Shown here: positions 20,866 through 30,503 of the stretch, piece after piece
Position numbering within the stretch: the stretch's first letter is position 1
How the letters are laid out: each line of letters begins with the position of its first letter
Source of the DNA: Thermoplasmatota archaeon
Lineage (GTDB): Archaea > Thermoplasmatota > E2 > DHVEG-1 > B18-G2
Length of the DNA: 64,000 nt
Direction of reading: 5' to 3'
NCBI GenBank assembly: GCA_029259115.1
Contig: JAPDJO010000018.1
Location: 1 to 64,000 of the forward strand
The notes under the pieces: model-generated
The model's database searches: none
The model's input: only the letters and a program-made list of their open reading frames with translations
Told to the model about the DNA's origin: nothing
Translations under genes and position numbers: made by a program

Positions 20866-21924
20866 ATGACGAAGTTTCTAAAGATCAAGGAAATGATCTT
20901 CCCTAGAGACATAATAGTTGGGCATGAAGCCCTAGAAAGATTACCTGATTTGTGTGAAAGATTGTTAGAAGGTAAAGCTTTGATTGTTGAAGGAAAAAAG
21001 ACAAAAAAGATAGCGGGAGATAGAGTAAAAAAACTCTTGCAAAAGTCCAAGTTTGAAACGTTCGAGATCGTCGTAACATCATCAACGATGAGAGAGGTTA
21101 AGAAGGTTCAGAGAGTTATAGAAAAGGAAAAGATAAACTTTGTCGTCGGCGTCGGCGGAGGCAAAGTGATTGATGTCTCGAAGCTTTCATCATATCGAAG
21201 CAACATACCCTTTATCAGTGTACCAACTGCTGCGTCTCACGATGGGATAGCATCTCCAATGGCTTCTATAAAGGATAAGGATTCTCAGGCATCAAAGAAG
21301 GCTGTATCCCCTTTAGCTATAGTAGCAGATACATCTATAATAAAAAAAGCTCCTTATAGGATGCTATCCTCTGGATGCGCAGATGTCATATCCAATCTCT
21401 CTGCAATAAAGGATTGGGAACTGGCTCATCGACTTAGGAATGAGGAATTCAGCACCTATGCCTACTCTCTATCAAAAACATCGGCTGAGCTCATCATGGA
21501 GAATTCTGATCTGATTAAAACGTATACGGAAGAAGGGGTATGGATAGCTGTTAAAGGGATGATAGTTTCTGGAGTAGCCATGAGTGTGGCAGGAAATTCC
21601 AGACCCGCATCTGGAGCTGAGCACATGTTTTCTCATGCCCTCGATGCAATAGCACCTGGCAAAGCTTTACACGGAGAACAATGTGGGGTTGGAGCAATAA
21701 TGATGTTATATTTGCATGGTGAAGATTGGAAGAGTGTAAGAGATGTGCTTAAAGAGATTGGAGCTCCCACAAATGCAAAAGAGCTCGGAATACCTAAGAA
21801 AAAGATAGTGGAGGCTCTTGTTAGGGCACATTCCATAAGACCTGATAGATACACGATTTTGGGTGAAGGCGGTCTCACGAAGGAGGCCGCAAAAAGCATA
21901 GCAAAAAAGACTGGGGTGATATAA
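20866..21924 (+). CDS. egsA: sn-glycerol-1-phosphate dehydrogenase
   Basis: GGGKVID, PTAASHDG, RPASGAEH, LHGEQ and RYTILG motifs. Confidence 0.96.
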   Translation: MTKFLKIKEMIFPRDIIVGHEALERLPDLCERLLEGKALIVEGKKTKKIAGDRVKKLLQKSKFETFEIVVTSSTMREVKKVQRVIEKEKINFVVGVGGGKVIDVSKLSSYRSNIPFISVPTAASHDGIASPMASIKDKDSQASKKAVSPLAIVADTSIIKKAPYRMLSSGCADVISNLSAIKDWELAHRLRNEEFSTYAYSLSKTSAELIMENSDLIKTYTEEGVWIAVKGMIVSGVAMSVAGNSRPASGAEHMFSHALDAIAPGKALHGEQCGVGAIMMLYLHGEDWKSVRDVLKEIGAPTNAKELGIPKKKIVEALVRAHSIRPDRYTILGEGGLTKEAAKSIAKKTGVI

Positions 21925-22352
21925 TGCCTATAGTAACTCTTGTTGGAGAAAGAGTGGCCAAGAAAGGGAATGAGTTTATCTATTTAGGACCAAGTCCCGA
22001 ATGTAAGAATTGTAAGCTGAAAACGGTCTGTTTCAACTTAAAGAGATTCAGAAGATACAGGATAGTTGGAATAAGAAACAAAAGGCATAGCTGTAATCAA
22101 CATGATGGTGGAGTAAGAGTTGTAGAAGTAGAGGAGTTGCCAATAGTATCAAGCTTGGAAGGAAAGATAAAAGAGGGAAGCAAAACAAAGGTCAAGATTA
22201 TAGATTGTAAAAGATTGGACTGCGAAAACTATGATATATGCCACAATCCAGCTGTTGAAGAGAATAGAGATTACAAGATATCGAAGATTATTGGTGAGAT
22301 GAACTGTAAGATTGGAAAAAATCTGATGAAGGTAGAGTTGTCAGAGATCTAG
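21924..22352 (+). CDS. UPF0179 family protein
   Basis: TLVG...F.Y.G...C..CKLK..C.NL with a second Cys cluster; follows egsA. Confidence 0.85.
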   Translation: MPIVTLVGERVAKKGNEFIYLGPSPECKNCKLKTVCFNLKRFRRYRIVGIRNKRHSCNQHDGGVRVVEVEELPIVSSLEGKIKEGSKTKVKIIDCKRLDCENYDICHNPAVEENRDYKISKIIGEMNCKIGKNLMKVELSEI

Positions 22353-22936
22353 TGGCATACAACATTATATATCAGTCCATCATCCCCAACTATACCATCT
22401 ATGCTTCCTTCTGGATCAGCCACTATTCTATGCCAACCTTCTATACCATCTATTTCACTTAAATCGGAATAGCCCATGCATATTACAGAGATTCCTGATT
22501 TGCTACAGCTCCATACCTCTCCTATAATTCTATAATTATGGGTACCTTTTATTCCATCATAAATGATAAAAAGAGTTTTGTGTCCTTTCAGAATCTCTCT
22601 TTCTCCATATGTTTTGTTGCTCTCGATAATCTCTATATCATACTTCTCTGCCTGATTTTTTATGTCTTTCTCAACCATATCCAATAGCTTGTCTTTACTC
22701 TGCATTATCAGAAATTTCATAGATGTGACGCTAAGATAGGATACATCTCCATTTTTATAAATCTTTGTTGACCATTTACCTATACCGAGAAATCCTGATC
22801 CCTTCTCCTCGCTTCCAAAATCTTCATACCATCCATTTGTGAGTAGGCTTTGCGGTATATAGGCTTCCTTTAGAGATAGGCATCCAAAATTAAGAAAGAT
22901 GAGAATAAAAATTGTTATGATTGCTATCTTTTTCAT
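22349..22936 (-). CDS. Putative lipoprotein
   Basis: MKKI, hydrophobic stretch and FGC lipobox. Confidence 0.7.
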   Translation of the reverse strand: MKKIAIITIFILIFLNFGCLSLKEAYIPQSLLTNGWYEDFGSEEKGSGFLGIGKWSTKIYKNGDVSYLSVTSMKFLIMQSKDKLLDMVEKDIKNQAEKYDIEIIESNKTYGEREILKGHKTLFIIYDGIKGTHNYRIIGEVWSCSKSGISVICMGYSDLSEIDGIEGWHRIVADPEGSIDGIVGDDGLIYNVVCH

Positions 22937-22938
22937 TT

Positions 22939-24093
22939 TTATTTAGTGGCTTTTTTCAGGATCTCTACTTTATCTGTTCTCTCCCATGTGAAGTCAGGAT
23001 CCTCTCTTCCGAAATGCCCATAGGCTGCGGTTTTCTTATAGATCGGTCTTCTGAGATCTAAAACCTTTATTATCTGTGCAGGCTTCAATGGGAAGTAATG
23101 CCAAACAATCTCTTCTATCTTCTCAACAGGAATCTTATTTGTTCCGAAGCATTCAATATCTAAAGATATTGGCTCTGGTACACCTATAGCATATGCTAGG
23201 CTTATCTCACATTTCTCTGCAAGTCCAGCGGCAACTATGTTTTTGGCTATGTATCTGGCTGCATAGGCTCCGCTTCTATCTACTTTGGTTGGATCCTTTC
23301 CAGAGAAGGCGCCTCCGCCATGTCTGGCTACCCCTCCATAGGTATCAACCATTATCTTTCTACCAGTTAAGCCTGCATCAGCGTAAGGTCCACCTCTCAC
23401 GAAAGAACCGGTTGGATTAACATATATCTTTGTATCATCATCCATCCATTCTTTGCATACCGGCTTTATCACTTCTTGAACTATATCTCTCTCAAGTTTT
23501 TCCTTTGATATTCCTGGATCATGCTGTGTAGATACAACTATCGCATATGCTCTCACAGGCTTACCATCTTCGTATTCTATAGATACCTGTGACTTACCAT
23601 CTGGCCTTAGATAAGGTACTCTTCCTTCTTTCCTGACAGTGGCTAATCTTTTTGTTAATTTATGAGCAAGCATTATTGGTAAAGGCATAAGTTCTTTTGT
23701 TTCTTTACATGCATAACCGTACATCATTCCCTGATCTCCAGCCCCGAGCTCTTCATCATTGAGAATTACGCCTCTCGATATATCTGGACTCTGCTCTGTT
23801 ATCTGAACCCATACTGAGCAGGTCTCCCATTCTATTCCATATTCTGCTTTTGTGTAACCTATCTCTTTTATAGTCTGTCTGACCACATGAGGAACATCAA
23901 CATAACCTTCTGTTGTCATCTCACCAAAAACCAGCACTCCTCCATTCTTAGTTGCGGCTTCTATTGCTACTCTAGAAAATTTGTCCTGTCTCAAAGCATC
24001 ATCGAGAATAGCATCAGATATGAGATCGCACATCTTGTCTGGATGCCCCTCTGTTACTGATTCAGACGTAACTATCTTTCCCATCTTTACCAC
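22939..24093 (-). CDS. metK: S-adenosylmethionine synthetase, bacterial/eukaryotic type
   Basis: [35 protein letters not shown] and GGGAFSGKD motifs. Confidence 0.96.
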   Translation of the reverse strand: MVKMGKIVTSESVTEGHPDKMCDLISDAILDDALRQDKFSRVAIEAATKNGGVLVFGEMTTEGYVDVPHVVRQTIKEIGYTKAEYGIEWETCSVWVQITEQSPDISRGVILNDEELGAGDQGMMYGYACKETKELMPLPIMLAHKLTKRLATVRKEGRVPYLRPDGKSQVSIEYEDGKPVRAYAIVVSTQHDPGISKEKLERDIVQEVIKPVCKEWMDDDTKIYVNPTGSFVRGGPYADAGLTGRKIMVDTYGGVARHGGGAFSGKDPTKVDRSGAYAARYIAKNIVAAGLAEKCEISLAYAIGVPEPISLDIECFGTNKIPVEKIEEIVWHYFPLKPAQIIKVLDLRRPIYKKTAAYGHFGREDPDFTWERTDKVEILKKATK

Positions 24094-24142
24094 CAGCGAT
24101 TTAAGTGGAAGGTCTAATTCGCTTATAACCTTTTTCTCTAAG

Positions 24143-24150
24143 TTTTTATA
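24143..24150 (+). promoter_or_regulatory. TATA box of tRNA-Ile
   Basis: TTTTTATA about 23 nt upstream of the tRNA 5' end. Confidence 0.5.
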
Positions 24151-24172
24151 TGAGATTGATATTCGCTATTTG

Positions 24173-24247
24173 GGGCCCGTAGCTTAGCCTGGTTGGAGCG
24201 CCCGGCTGATAACCGGGAGGTCAGGAGTTCAAATCTCCTCGGGCCCA
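24173..24247 (+). tRNA. tRNA-Ile(GAU), intronless, CCA not encoded
   Basis: Acceptor stem GGGCCCG/CGGGCCC, anticodon arm CCCGG-CTGATAA-CCGGG and T arm AGGAG-TTCAAAT-CTCCT. Confidence 0.97.
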
Positions 24248-24297
24248 CTTCTGCAGATAAGTTTTTTATTAGGTTTATCTCTTTTAGCTAGAGAGAC

Positions 24298-24576
24298 ATG
24301 AAGAGGAAAATATCAAAGTTTAAACTTTCTCTGCTAATAATAGGTCTAGCTCTCGTATTTACAAGTGTTATACTTATGTTCCATGGATATGATATTCTTA
24401 AGGAGTCGAAAGCAGGATCGATGGGTAATATGTTCTCAAAAACTCTCGATTCACTTATGTATCTCTTGGGAGGTAGCCTGCTTTTGGTTTTTGGAATAGC
24501 ATTTGTCTATTATAGTCAAATGAATGGAATGTTTATTTATGAAGAGAAATCCAAGTCTGAGAATGAAGAATTTTAG
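24298..24576 (+). CDS. Small 2-TM hypothetical protein
   Basis: ORF with two hydrophobic helices. Confidence 0.65.
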   Translation: MKRKISKFKLSLLIIGLALVFTSVILMFHGYDILKESKAGSMGNMFSKTLDSLMYLLGGSLLLVFGIAFVYYSQMNGMFIYEEKSKSENEEF

Positions 24577-24578
24577 GG

Positions 24579-25136
24579 TTATTCTATGCTGACGTGATAA
24601 GCTTCTCCTTCTTTCTTTTTGCTTTTCCTCTTTATAACAATATCGAGGATGCCGTTTTTGTATGTAGCTTTTGTTGTCTTTGGCTTTACCTTACACGGTA
24701 ACTCTATCAACTTGTGATATTTTTTCTTTGGATTGTTAACCTTTATCTCTACCGTATCCTCGGTTACCTTAAGATCTATGTCTTTCTTTTCAACTCCTGG
24801 AATCTCCATGGTTATCGCAACATCCTCGTCACCTTCTATCACATCTGTTAAGGGTTCTATCTCATCTGATACAATAGCCTCGCCATCTGGAGTCTCTATG
24901 GCTTTGTTTCCAAACTCTTCCAGTCTTGGTCTTCCGTCTGGACCTATGGTGAGTTTGAATCCTCTGACAATAGGTTTACCTGGCTCTGCATTTGTCAGCA
25001 TCTTGAATAACTCTTCTGCCATCCTCTCTATATCTTCCAGAAATCTCTCGTCGAAGAACTTATCTAAAATATCATCGTCTATACCTAGGAATCTGAAAGG
25101 ATTTTTTCTTCTTCTATCTCTTCTGAATGGATCCAT
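24579..25136 (-). CDS. hsp20: Archaeal small heat-shock protein Hsp20
   Basis: GFKLTIGPDGRP...FGN, EPLTDV, EIPGVEK and ATYKNGILDI motifs. Confidence 0.93.
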   Translation of the reverse strand: MDPFRRDRRRKNPFRFLGIDDDILDKFFDERFLEDIERMAEELFKMLTNAEPGKPIVRGFKLTIGPDGRPRLEEFGNKAIETPDGEAIVSDEIEPLTDVIEGDEDVAITMEIPGVEKKDIDLKVTEDTVEIKVNNPKKKYHKLIELPCKVKPKTTKATYKNGILDIVIKRKSKKKEGEAYHVSIE

Positions 25137-25222
25137 GGTATCTGAATATTATAAGCAGGGGTTAGGATTTAAAGTATTCGGTCTTTATGATTGCTGTGAA
25201 GTTGTCCGGGATTATAAACTCC

Positions 25223-26164
25223 CTATTTGATTGTTATTATGTGACCGTTTAGTATAGATTCTCCGTTGCTTATTATCCGGTCAGAATTGCTATCACTGCT
25301 TCTTCTCCTTACTATCTTGACGTAGAGAGGTTCTGACCAGTCACTTACTTCATGATAGAATGTGTCTCTAGCCCTTACTTTTATTTCTATTGTTTTACCC
25401 ACATAGTACCTTGGAAAACTTTCTTTTATAGTTATAGACTTTCCTGACTCTAACGGTGAGCTCCACTCTGTATTTACGCCATCGATACAAAATTGATATT
25501 GTATGTCGTCCCCGTCGGGATCATTGGAGCATGCGGTAAACTCCCCTTCCTCATATGCTTTGAGTGTATTTGGACCTTTTAGAGTGGGTGTCTCTGGAGC
25601 CTCGTTCTCTACTATTATGGTGCGGATCTTTTCACCCTCTTTCTCCCATTTATCATCAGACCTTTTGTATATTATACTTATCTCAAGAACGATATCGTAT
25701 GATTTGTGATGTCCAAATATACTAAATGCATCTTTTCTGGGTGAAAATTTCATAACTAGTTTTCCATGACCTGCATCATCATGCCCAGCTTTGTCGTTTT
25801 TTTCGAGGTTTTCGTACGCCAAAGTGACTCCTCCACCACGTAGCTCAAAATAGAATCCCCAGAACTCATCGGTCCACAGAGGGCAGTCGTCCTTTATCTC
25901 CCAGTTTACAATAAGGGTCATTTTTTCTTCATGTGGTGCGTACAGTTTTTTTGGTAATTTGCTGTTGAATTTAATCTGAAGTTTGGGACTATAAGTGGGA
26001 AAACTTCCTGGATGTATAGCCAGAGTACCTACGTAGTATGTGTAGTTGCCACAGGTATTTAACGTTGGGTGGTTTATTATTTTGTCACTCTGGGCGGACT
26101 GTGGAATTGCTGTCAAACTAGCTAAGAAAAACACGCCTATTATAATAATCTGCTGCAATTTCAT
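25223..26164 (-). CDS. Secreted protein with C-terminal PKD/Ig-like domain
   Basis: Signal peptide; NEAPETP...GP...DPDGDDIQYQF...KVRARD...SDWS. Confidence 0.75.
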   Translation of the reverse strand: MKLQQIIIIGVFFLASLTAIPQSAQSDKIINHPTLNTCGNYTYYVGTLAIHPGSFPTYSPKLQIKFNSKLPKKLYAPHEEKMTLIVNWEIKDDCPLWTDEFWGFYFELRGGGVTLAYENLEKNDKAGHDDAGHGKLVMKFSPRKDAFSIFGHHKSYDIVLEISIIYKRSDDKWEKEGEKIRTIIVENEAPETPTLKGPNTLKAYEEGEFTACSNDPDGDDIQYQFCIDGVNTEWSSPLESGKSITIKESFPRYYVGKTIEIKVRARDTFYHEVSDWSEPLYVKIVRRRSSDSNSDRIISNGESILNGHIITIK

Positions 26165-26241
26165 ATTTTACATAGTATAAATTTTAATTTAAAAATTTTA
26201 CGCCTCTACTAATTGGAAAATCTAGATTGTTCTCATTATGG

Positions 26242-26958
26242 TCACTTCAACAGGATATGTATAATGGTGAATAGGATATCCCCATAAAGATAAGCTGCTA
26301 TGAATCCTATAAGTAGAGGAATCATAAAGGGTATCTTTGGAGTAACCCATATCCTTTTAAGGCCTTGTTTTTCTAGCTTTTCTAAATGTTCAGAGGTATC
26401 AAAGTCCTCAGGCATTATCACCAATTTTCTTTTTCCATCCACTATTTTCTCCAAAGGCCAAACGAATTTTTTCTTTGCCTCTTCTATGTCCATCTTGTAA
26501 CCGATTAAAGCAAAAGGAAACTCAACCTCTCTTTTTATAGCGTTATATATCAGTAGAGATGGAGGAATTAGCAGAAATATAATTACAGAGTTGCAGAAGA
26601 TGGTCCAAGGGAAAGGCATTACGGATAAATGCTGGGGGAAGCCGAACAGCGATGGCCAGAATGGACTCAAGATAGCTAATGACATTATCGCTTTAGCATC
26701 CGCTCCACCAAAGATTAGACCTATGTAAAAGAACACATACACTATGGCTATAATCAGAGGTATAAAGAGGAGATACAATGGGTTTTGAATGTTGCCAGTC
26801 AGGTATTGAATTATTAAGAGGATTGCCCCAACTCCTCCCATTATTATCCATAGGATGTTTGGTGCCATTCTCGTTTTTAGATCTGTGTAGCTTGCATATC
26901 CTAAAATTATCGTACCAACGACCAATCTTATGATATCGAGCGTAGTTGGTATATCCAT
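26242..26958 (-). CDS. Prepilin/preflagellin peptidase (A24; PibD/FlaK-like)
   Basis: ASYTDLKTR, GGADAK and C-terminal WVTPKIPFMIPL. Confidence 0.92.
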   Translation of the reverse strand: MDIPTTLDIIRLVVGTIILGYASYTDLKTRMAPNILWIIMGGVGAILLIIQYLTGNIQNPLYLLFIPLIIAIVYVFFYIGLIFGGADAKAIMSLAILSPFWPSLFGFPQHLSVMPFPWTIFCNSVIIFLLIPPSLLIYNAIKREVEFPFALIGYKMDIEEAKKKFVWPLEKIVDGKRKLVIMPEDFDTSEHLEKLEKQGLKRIWVTPKIPFMIPLLIGFIAAYLYGDILFTIIHILLK

Positions 26959-27102
26959 GCTTTTCGGTATGAGATTTCTATTTTAGTATTTTTGGTAAAC
27001 CATCTATCCCTTGTCACATTTATGAAATTTGATTCTGACTAAAATTGAAACACATTCCAATTTTAGTATGACTTTTATTGAACTTCATTTCAATTTTTCT
27101 CC

Positions 27103-27465
27103 TTACGTAAAGTCCCAAGTTCCGAGCAAAACATTCGCAGGTATGTAGGAGATCTTTACTTCTTTCCCGGTGCAGTTGTATATATACTCGCCAGCATCAA
27201 GGAAGCCATCGTTATCTTCATCATAGATTTCTACTGTATCCGGATTTATCAATAAGTCACTCCATTTCACTTCTTGTTGTCCGCCTGTATAGAGAACAAG
27301 AAGTTTTCCATCTTCCCTTTGCTGGGAAAAGGTTGGAAATTTTGGCATAGTCTGCGTTGTTGCGGTCATACTCGTAAGGACAACAAATATGGCTGCAGCA
27401 AGTGCTACAACAATAGCAACCATAAGGACAACACCTATAATCTCAGATACAGCATAGTCTCTCAT
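27103..27465 (-). CDS. Archaeal type IV pilin (DUF1628-like)
   Basis: MRDYA|VSEIIGVVLMVAIVV class III signal. Confidence 0.85.
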   Translation of the reverse strand: MRDYAVSEIIGVVLMVAIVVALAAAIFVVLTSMTATTQTMPKFPTFSQQREDGKLLVLYTGGQQEVKWSDLLINPDTVEIYDEDNDGFLDAGEYIYNCTGKEVKISYIPANVLLGTWDFT

Positions 27466-27491
27466 TAGATTTGAGAAAGTGGTAGGACTAT

Positions 27492-27899
27492 TTAAAACTT
27501 GATTGTTCCTAGAACCTGATTTGTGGGTTTCCATACCATTGTATAAGTTATTCCTTCGTTGAATCCTGTTATCATGTCTCCTCCAGATATCGTTGTCTGC
27601 CTGAGATTAGATGTTCCTGTTCCTATGCTTAGATCAGCCTGAACATAGTACTCGTTTCCACTTTCATCTTTGAATACAAGATTCGGAGTTGTTCCATCTG
27701 CGTATTTGTATGAGCTTGAACCCTTAACTATGATAATGGAGTTTGTTACTTTGTCAACATTATAGGAGATATCAACTGTTGCTTTAGAGAACCTTAACAT
27801 TCCATTAGAATATGCGTAAACACCAACAGCTAGCATAATAACTATGGCTACCATAAATACTACTCCTACCACTCCAGACACTGCGTTATCGCTACCCAT
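27492..27899 (-). CDS. Archaeal type IV pilin
   Basis: MGSDNA|VSGVVGVVFMVAIVI. Confidence 0.87.
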   Translation of the reverse strand: MGSDNAVSGVVGVVFMVAIVIMLAVGVYAYSNGMLRFSKATVDISYNVDKVTNSIIIVKGSSSYKYADGTTPNLVFKDESGNEYYVQADLSIGTGTSNLRQTTISGGDMITGFNEGITYTMVWKPTNQVLGTIKF

Positions 27900-27946
27900 C
27901 TCTCCTCACCATATTAATCTCTGTAACTCATACTATTTAAACATTT

Positions 27947-27968
27947 TGCGACATTTTGACATGTCGCA
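27947..27968. promoter_or_regulatory. Palindromic putative operator TGCGACAT-N6-ATGTCGCA next to the TATA box of the minor pilin genes
   Basis: Perfect 8-bp inverted repeat directly upstream of a minus-strand TTTAAATA (27934-27941). Confidence 0.4.
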
Positions 27969-28160
27969 TTCTAGCAAAATAGATTTGATTTCAAGAGTTT
28001 GGGTAACATCTAGATGCAATGATTCTTTTAAATCAGGGTTGCGAACACATTAACTTATTAGCTAACTCTAATATACAGACATATAGATCTCTATAATAAT
28101 TGAATCAAAAAATAAAAGGAGAGAGATGTTTTTAGGTTTGTAGATTTGTCTCTTCTATGC

Positions 28161-28574
28161 CTAGCTCACATCTGAAAGTGTGTATGTTCCCATGAGAGAA
28201 TTAGTGGGCTCGTATCTGATTGTTATTGTTATATCTCCGCTACAGGTTGTAGTTTCGTCGTCAAAATCGATTGTATCCCCTGCTGTTACTGTTCCCGATT
28301 TCTCTATATACTCTGTATTGGTTCCATCCGTGACCGTTATATTTATGTCGCTCCACGAGATTCCTGGATCTGCCGAAGAGACTTTGAGTGTGTTTTCTGA
28401 CTCGTCTTTTATGAAGGTAACATTTGGTGTGCTTTGGGTTGTTCCAGATATCATACCAGACACGTAGACATACACTGCAGCAGCGATGGCTACTGTTATC
28501 GCTACCATCAGTATTACGCCTATCACTGCTGATACAGCCTCTTCTCCCTCTACAAATTTCCTATTCGCCTTCAT
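28161..28574 (-). CDS. Archaeal type IV pilin (major pilin candidate B)
   Basis: EEA|VSAVIGVILMVAITVAIAAAVYVYVSG. Confidence 0.92.
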   Translation of the reverse strand: MKANRKFVEGEEAVSAVIGVILMVAITVAIAAAVYVYVSGMISGTTQSTPNVTFIKDESENTLKVSSADPGISWSDINITVTDGTNTEYIEKSGTVTAGDTIDFDDETTTCSGDITITIRYEPTNSLMGTYTLSDVS

Positions 28575-29042
28575 GTTTCGTCACCCCTATACGTTGACTG
28601 TCCAGGTTCCTAGCAATGTGTTTGTCGGTATGTATGTCAAAGTTACTTCTACTTCTCCGCTACCAACTACCTGTATGTAGTCTCCCGCTGTAACCTCATA
28701 TTGATTAGCTGAGGATGCGCAGTGATCTAGGTTCCCTCCGCCCGTGTTCTTACCTATGTTAGCACCTGCCGAACTATTCACATATACCTTGCTAGCAGTA
28801 CTTGTCAGTTTTATATCATACCAATCGATTCCAGGCTCTGCACTATTTATTATTATCTTATCTGCATCATTGTCAACTATACAAGCTATCGTCGGTGTGT
28901 GCTGAGTTGTCCCCGCTAGCATACCAGAAACATAGACATACACTGCAGCAGCGATGGCCACTGTTATCGCTACCATCAAGATTACGCCTATCACTGCTGA
29001 GACAGCCTCTTCTCCTTCTACAAATTTCCTATTCGCCTTCAT
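28452..29042 (-). repeat. 123-nt direct repeat (28452-28574 and 28920-29042) encoding identical pilin N-termini
   Basis: Manual alignment gives 7 differences in 123 nt, all synonymous, and 41 identical residues. Confidence 0.9.
28587..29042 (-). CDS. Archaeal type IV pilin (major pilin candidate A)
   Basis: Same N-terminus as pilin B; strong GGAGGAG RBS. Confidence 0.92.
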   Translation of the reverse strand: MKANRKFVEGEEAVSAVIGVILMVAITVAIAAAVYVYVSGMLAGTTQHTPTIACIVDNDADKIIINSAEPGIDWYDIKLTSTASKVYVNSSAGANIGKNTGGGNLDHCASSANQYEVTAGDYIQVVGSGEVEVTLTYIPTNTLLGTWTVNV

Positions 29043-29061
29043 ACTCTATCCCACTCCTCCT

Positions 29062-29134
29062 AGCCTTGCGGCAGCCTCTTTCAATTGCATAGGCTTTATG
29101 GTATTTATACGTTTCGTTTCGCTGCCACAAGGCT
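29062..29134 (-). promoter_or_regulatory. 14-bp inverted repeat / 5' leader stem upstream of the major pilins
   Basis: AGCCTTGCGGCAGC (29062-29075) and GCTGCCACAAGGCT (29121-29134). On the minus strand the single mismatch is a U-G pair. Confidence 0.7.
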
Positions 29135-29227
29135 TGGTTTTTCATTGGAGAAAAAGGATATTAAAACCTATATATAAATCTTACCATTTAAATTAAAATC
29201 ATATTTATAAAATTTAGTGAATTTTGA

Positions 29228-29653
29228 TTACTCCATAAGATAACTTCTCCTTATCTCCTCCATGAACATCTCTATATCTGTAAGATGATCTCTGACTATT
29301 TCTACTATTCTGTTAGAATCGAGTGTTCCATATCTATGAATCAAAAGATTTCTGAATCTCGCCATAAGAGATAACCTCTCGGCAAGATCTTTAGGAATAA
29401 CCTTGCTCTCTCCAAGCACTTTAAACATATCGGCATAACTTTCTGCTCTCCTGAGTCTTTCTGAAGAAATTATGTGATTAGCTATATCTATGCATGCCTC
29501 TATCATCTCAAATAAAGAGAATTTGAGTGCCTGATAATCCTTGTAACTATTCTCTAAATCCTCTGGTTCTATGTCGGAGTAATTATCTCTGATAAAGTCA
29601 AGATTTCTCTCTATTATATCAAACTTCCCCTCTATGAGATCCTTATCAACCAT
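29228..29653 (-). CDS. hepT: HepT (DUF86/HEPN) RNase toxin
   Basis: IEACIDIA, SYAD.F..L and FRNLLIHRY (Rx4H+Y). Confidence 0.92.
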   Translation of the reverse strand: MVDKDLIEGKFDIIERNLDFIRDNYSDIEPEDLENSYKDYQALKFSLFEMIEACIDIANHIISSERLRRAESYADMFKVLGESKVIPKDLAERLSLMARFRNLLIHRYGTLDSNRIVEIVRDHLTDIEMFMEEIRRSYLME

Positions 29654-30032
29654 CTTTAAACCTCATCCTATCATACTCTAGAAAATAAGGTTTCATATCG
29701 ATGTAGGTTTTTGTGATATATGTCTCGAATCTCACCCTCTCTTTTTCATCCCTTGAAAATATCAGTTTTCCATACCTCAAAACCTGATTTAGGAATCTTA
29801 TAGGTTTGTTGTTTAATATTACCACTTCAACATCTTTGAGTTTTGCGTTCTTCTCTATCTCCTCAGCCAATTTTACTTCATAGAAGATGTCTGGTTTGAA
29901 ATCTTTTGATAGATATACTCCTATATCCACATCACTTCTTTCATTATAATCTCCTCTTGCTTTCGAACCATAGAGATACGCAAATAGTATCTCGCTGTGT
30001 TTTCCTAGTATCTTCCTTAACTTTTTGATCAT
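29646..30032 (-). CDS. mntA: MntA adenylyltransferase antitoxin
   Basis: FAYLYGSKARG....SDVDIGV; overlaps hepT. Confidence 0.92.
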   Translation of the reverse strand: MIKKLRKILGKHSEILFAYLYGSKARGDYNERSDVDIGVYLSKDFKPDIFYEVKLAEEIEKNAKLKDVEVVILNNKPIRFLNQVLRYGKLIFSRDEKERVRFETYITKTYIDMKPYFLEYDRMRFKDG

Positions 30033-30140
30033 TCATCAGTAAAGGTTTTTGTTCCTGTAAAAATATTTCGGTGAAATCTCAAAGATTGAGAAAATCATAA
30101 TGTATAGAAATCATTTTAAACTACCGCCAAGTTATGTAGG

Positions 30141-30503
30141 ATGATGGAAGAAATCAAAAAGATGGTTGATTCTATCAAAACTTATCCTGAAGTTGTCGCT
30201 ATCATTTTATATGGTTCTCACGCAAAGAATAAAGCTAATCCTCTATCTGATATCGATATAGCGGTTATAGTAAAGGACGAGAAGATAGAAGCAGAGATTG
30301 GAAGTTTTTCCTCAAACAAGTTTGATGTGGTTCCTTTTCATAGATTGCCTCTCTACATACAGTTCGAGGTGCTAAAAGATGGAAAGATACTATTTTTGAG
30401 AGATAGAAACTACTTTAACAGGATAAAGAGGAGAGTAATAAGAAATTATCTTGAGATGTCTGAAATGTACAGAAGGTTTGAGAGGAGGGTAATGTCAAGA
30501 TGA
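30141..30503 (+). CDS. mntA: MntA-like nucleotidyltransferase antitoxin
   Basis: ILYGSHAK.....SDIDIAV. Confidence 0.9.
   Translation: MMEEIKKMVDSIKTYPEVVAIILYGSHAKNKANPLSDIDIAVIVKDEKIEAEIGSFSSNKFDVVPFHRLPLYIQFEVLKDGKILFLRDRNYFNRIKRRVIRNYLEMSEMYRRFERRVMSR

Noticed and set aside
24173-26200. Integrated element at tRNA-Ile
   Set aside because: No integrase is present, I noticed no duplicated tRNA 3' end, and the neighbours (metK, hsp20) are housekeeping genes.
28452-29042. Diversity-generating retroelement TR/VR pair
   Set aside because: The differences are synonymous and not adenine-specific, the repeat is in the conserved N-terminus, and no reverse transcriptase is present.
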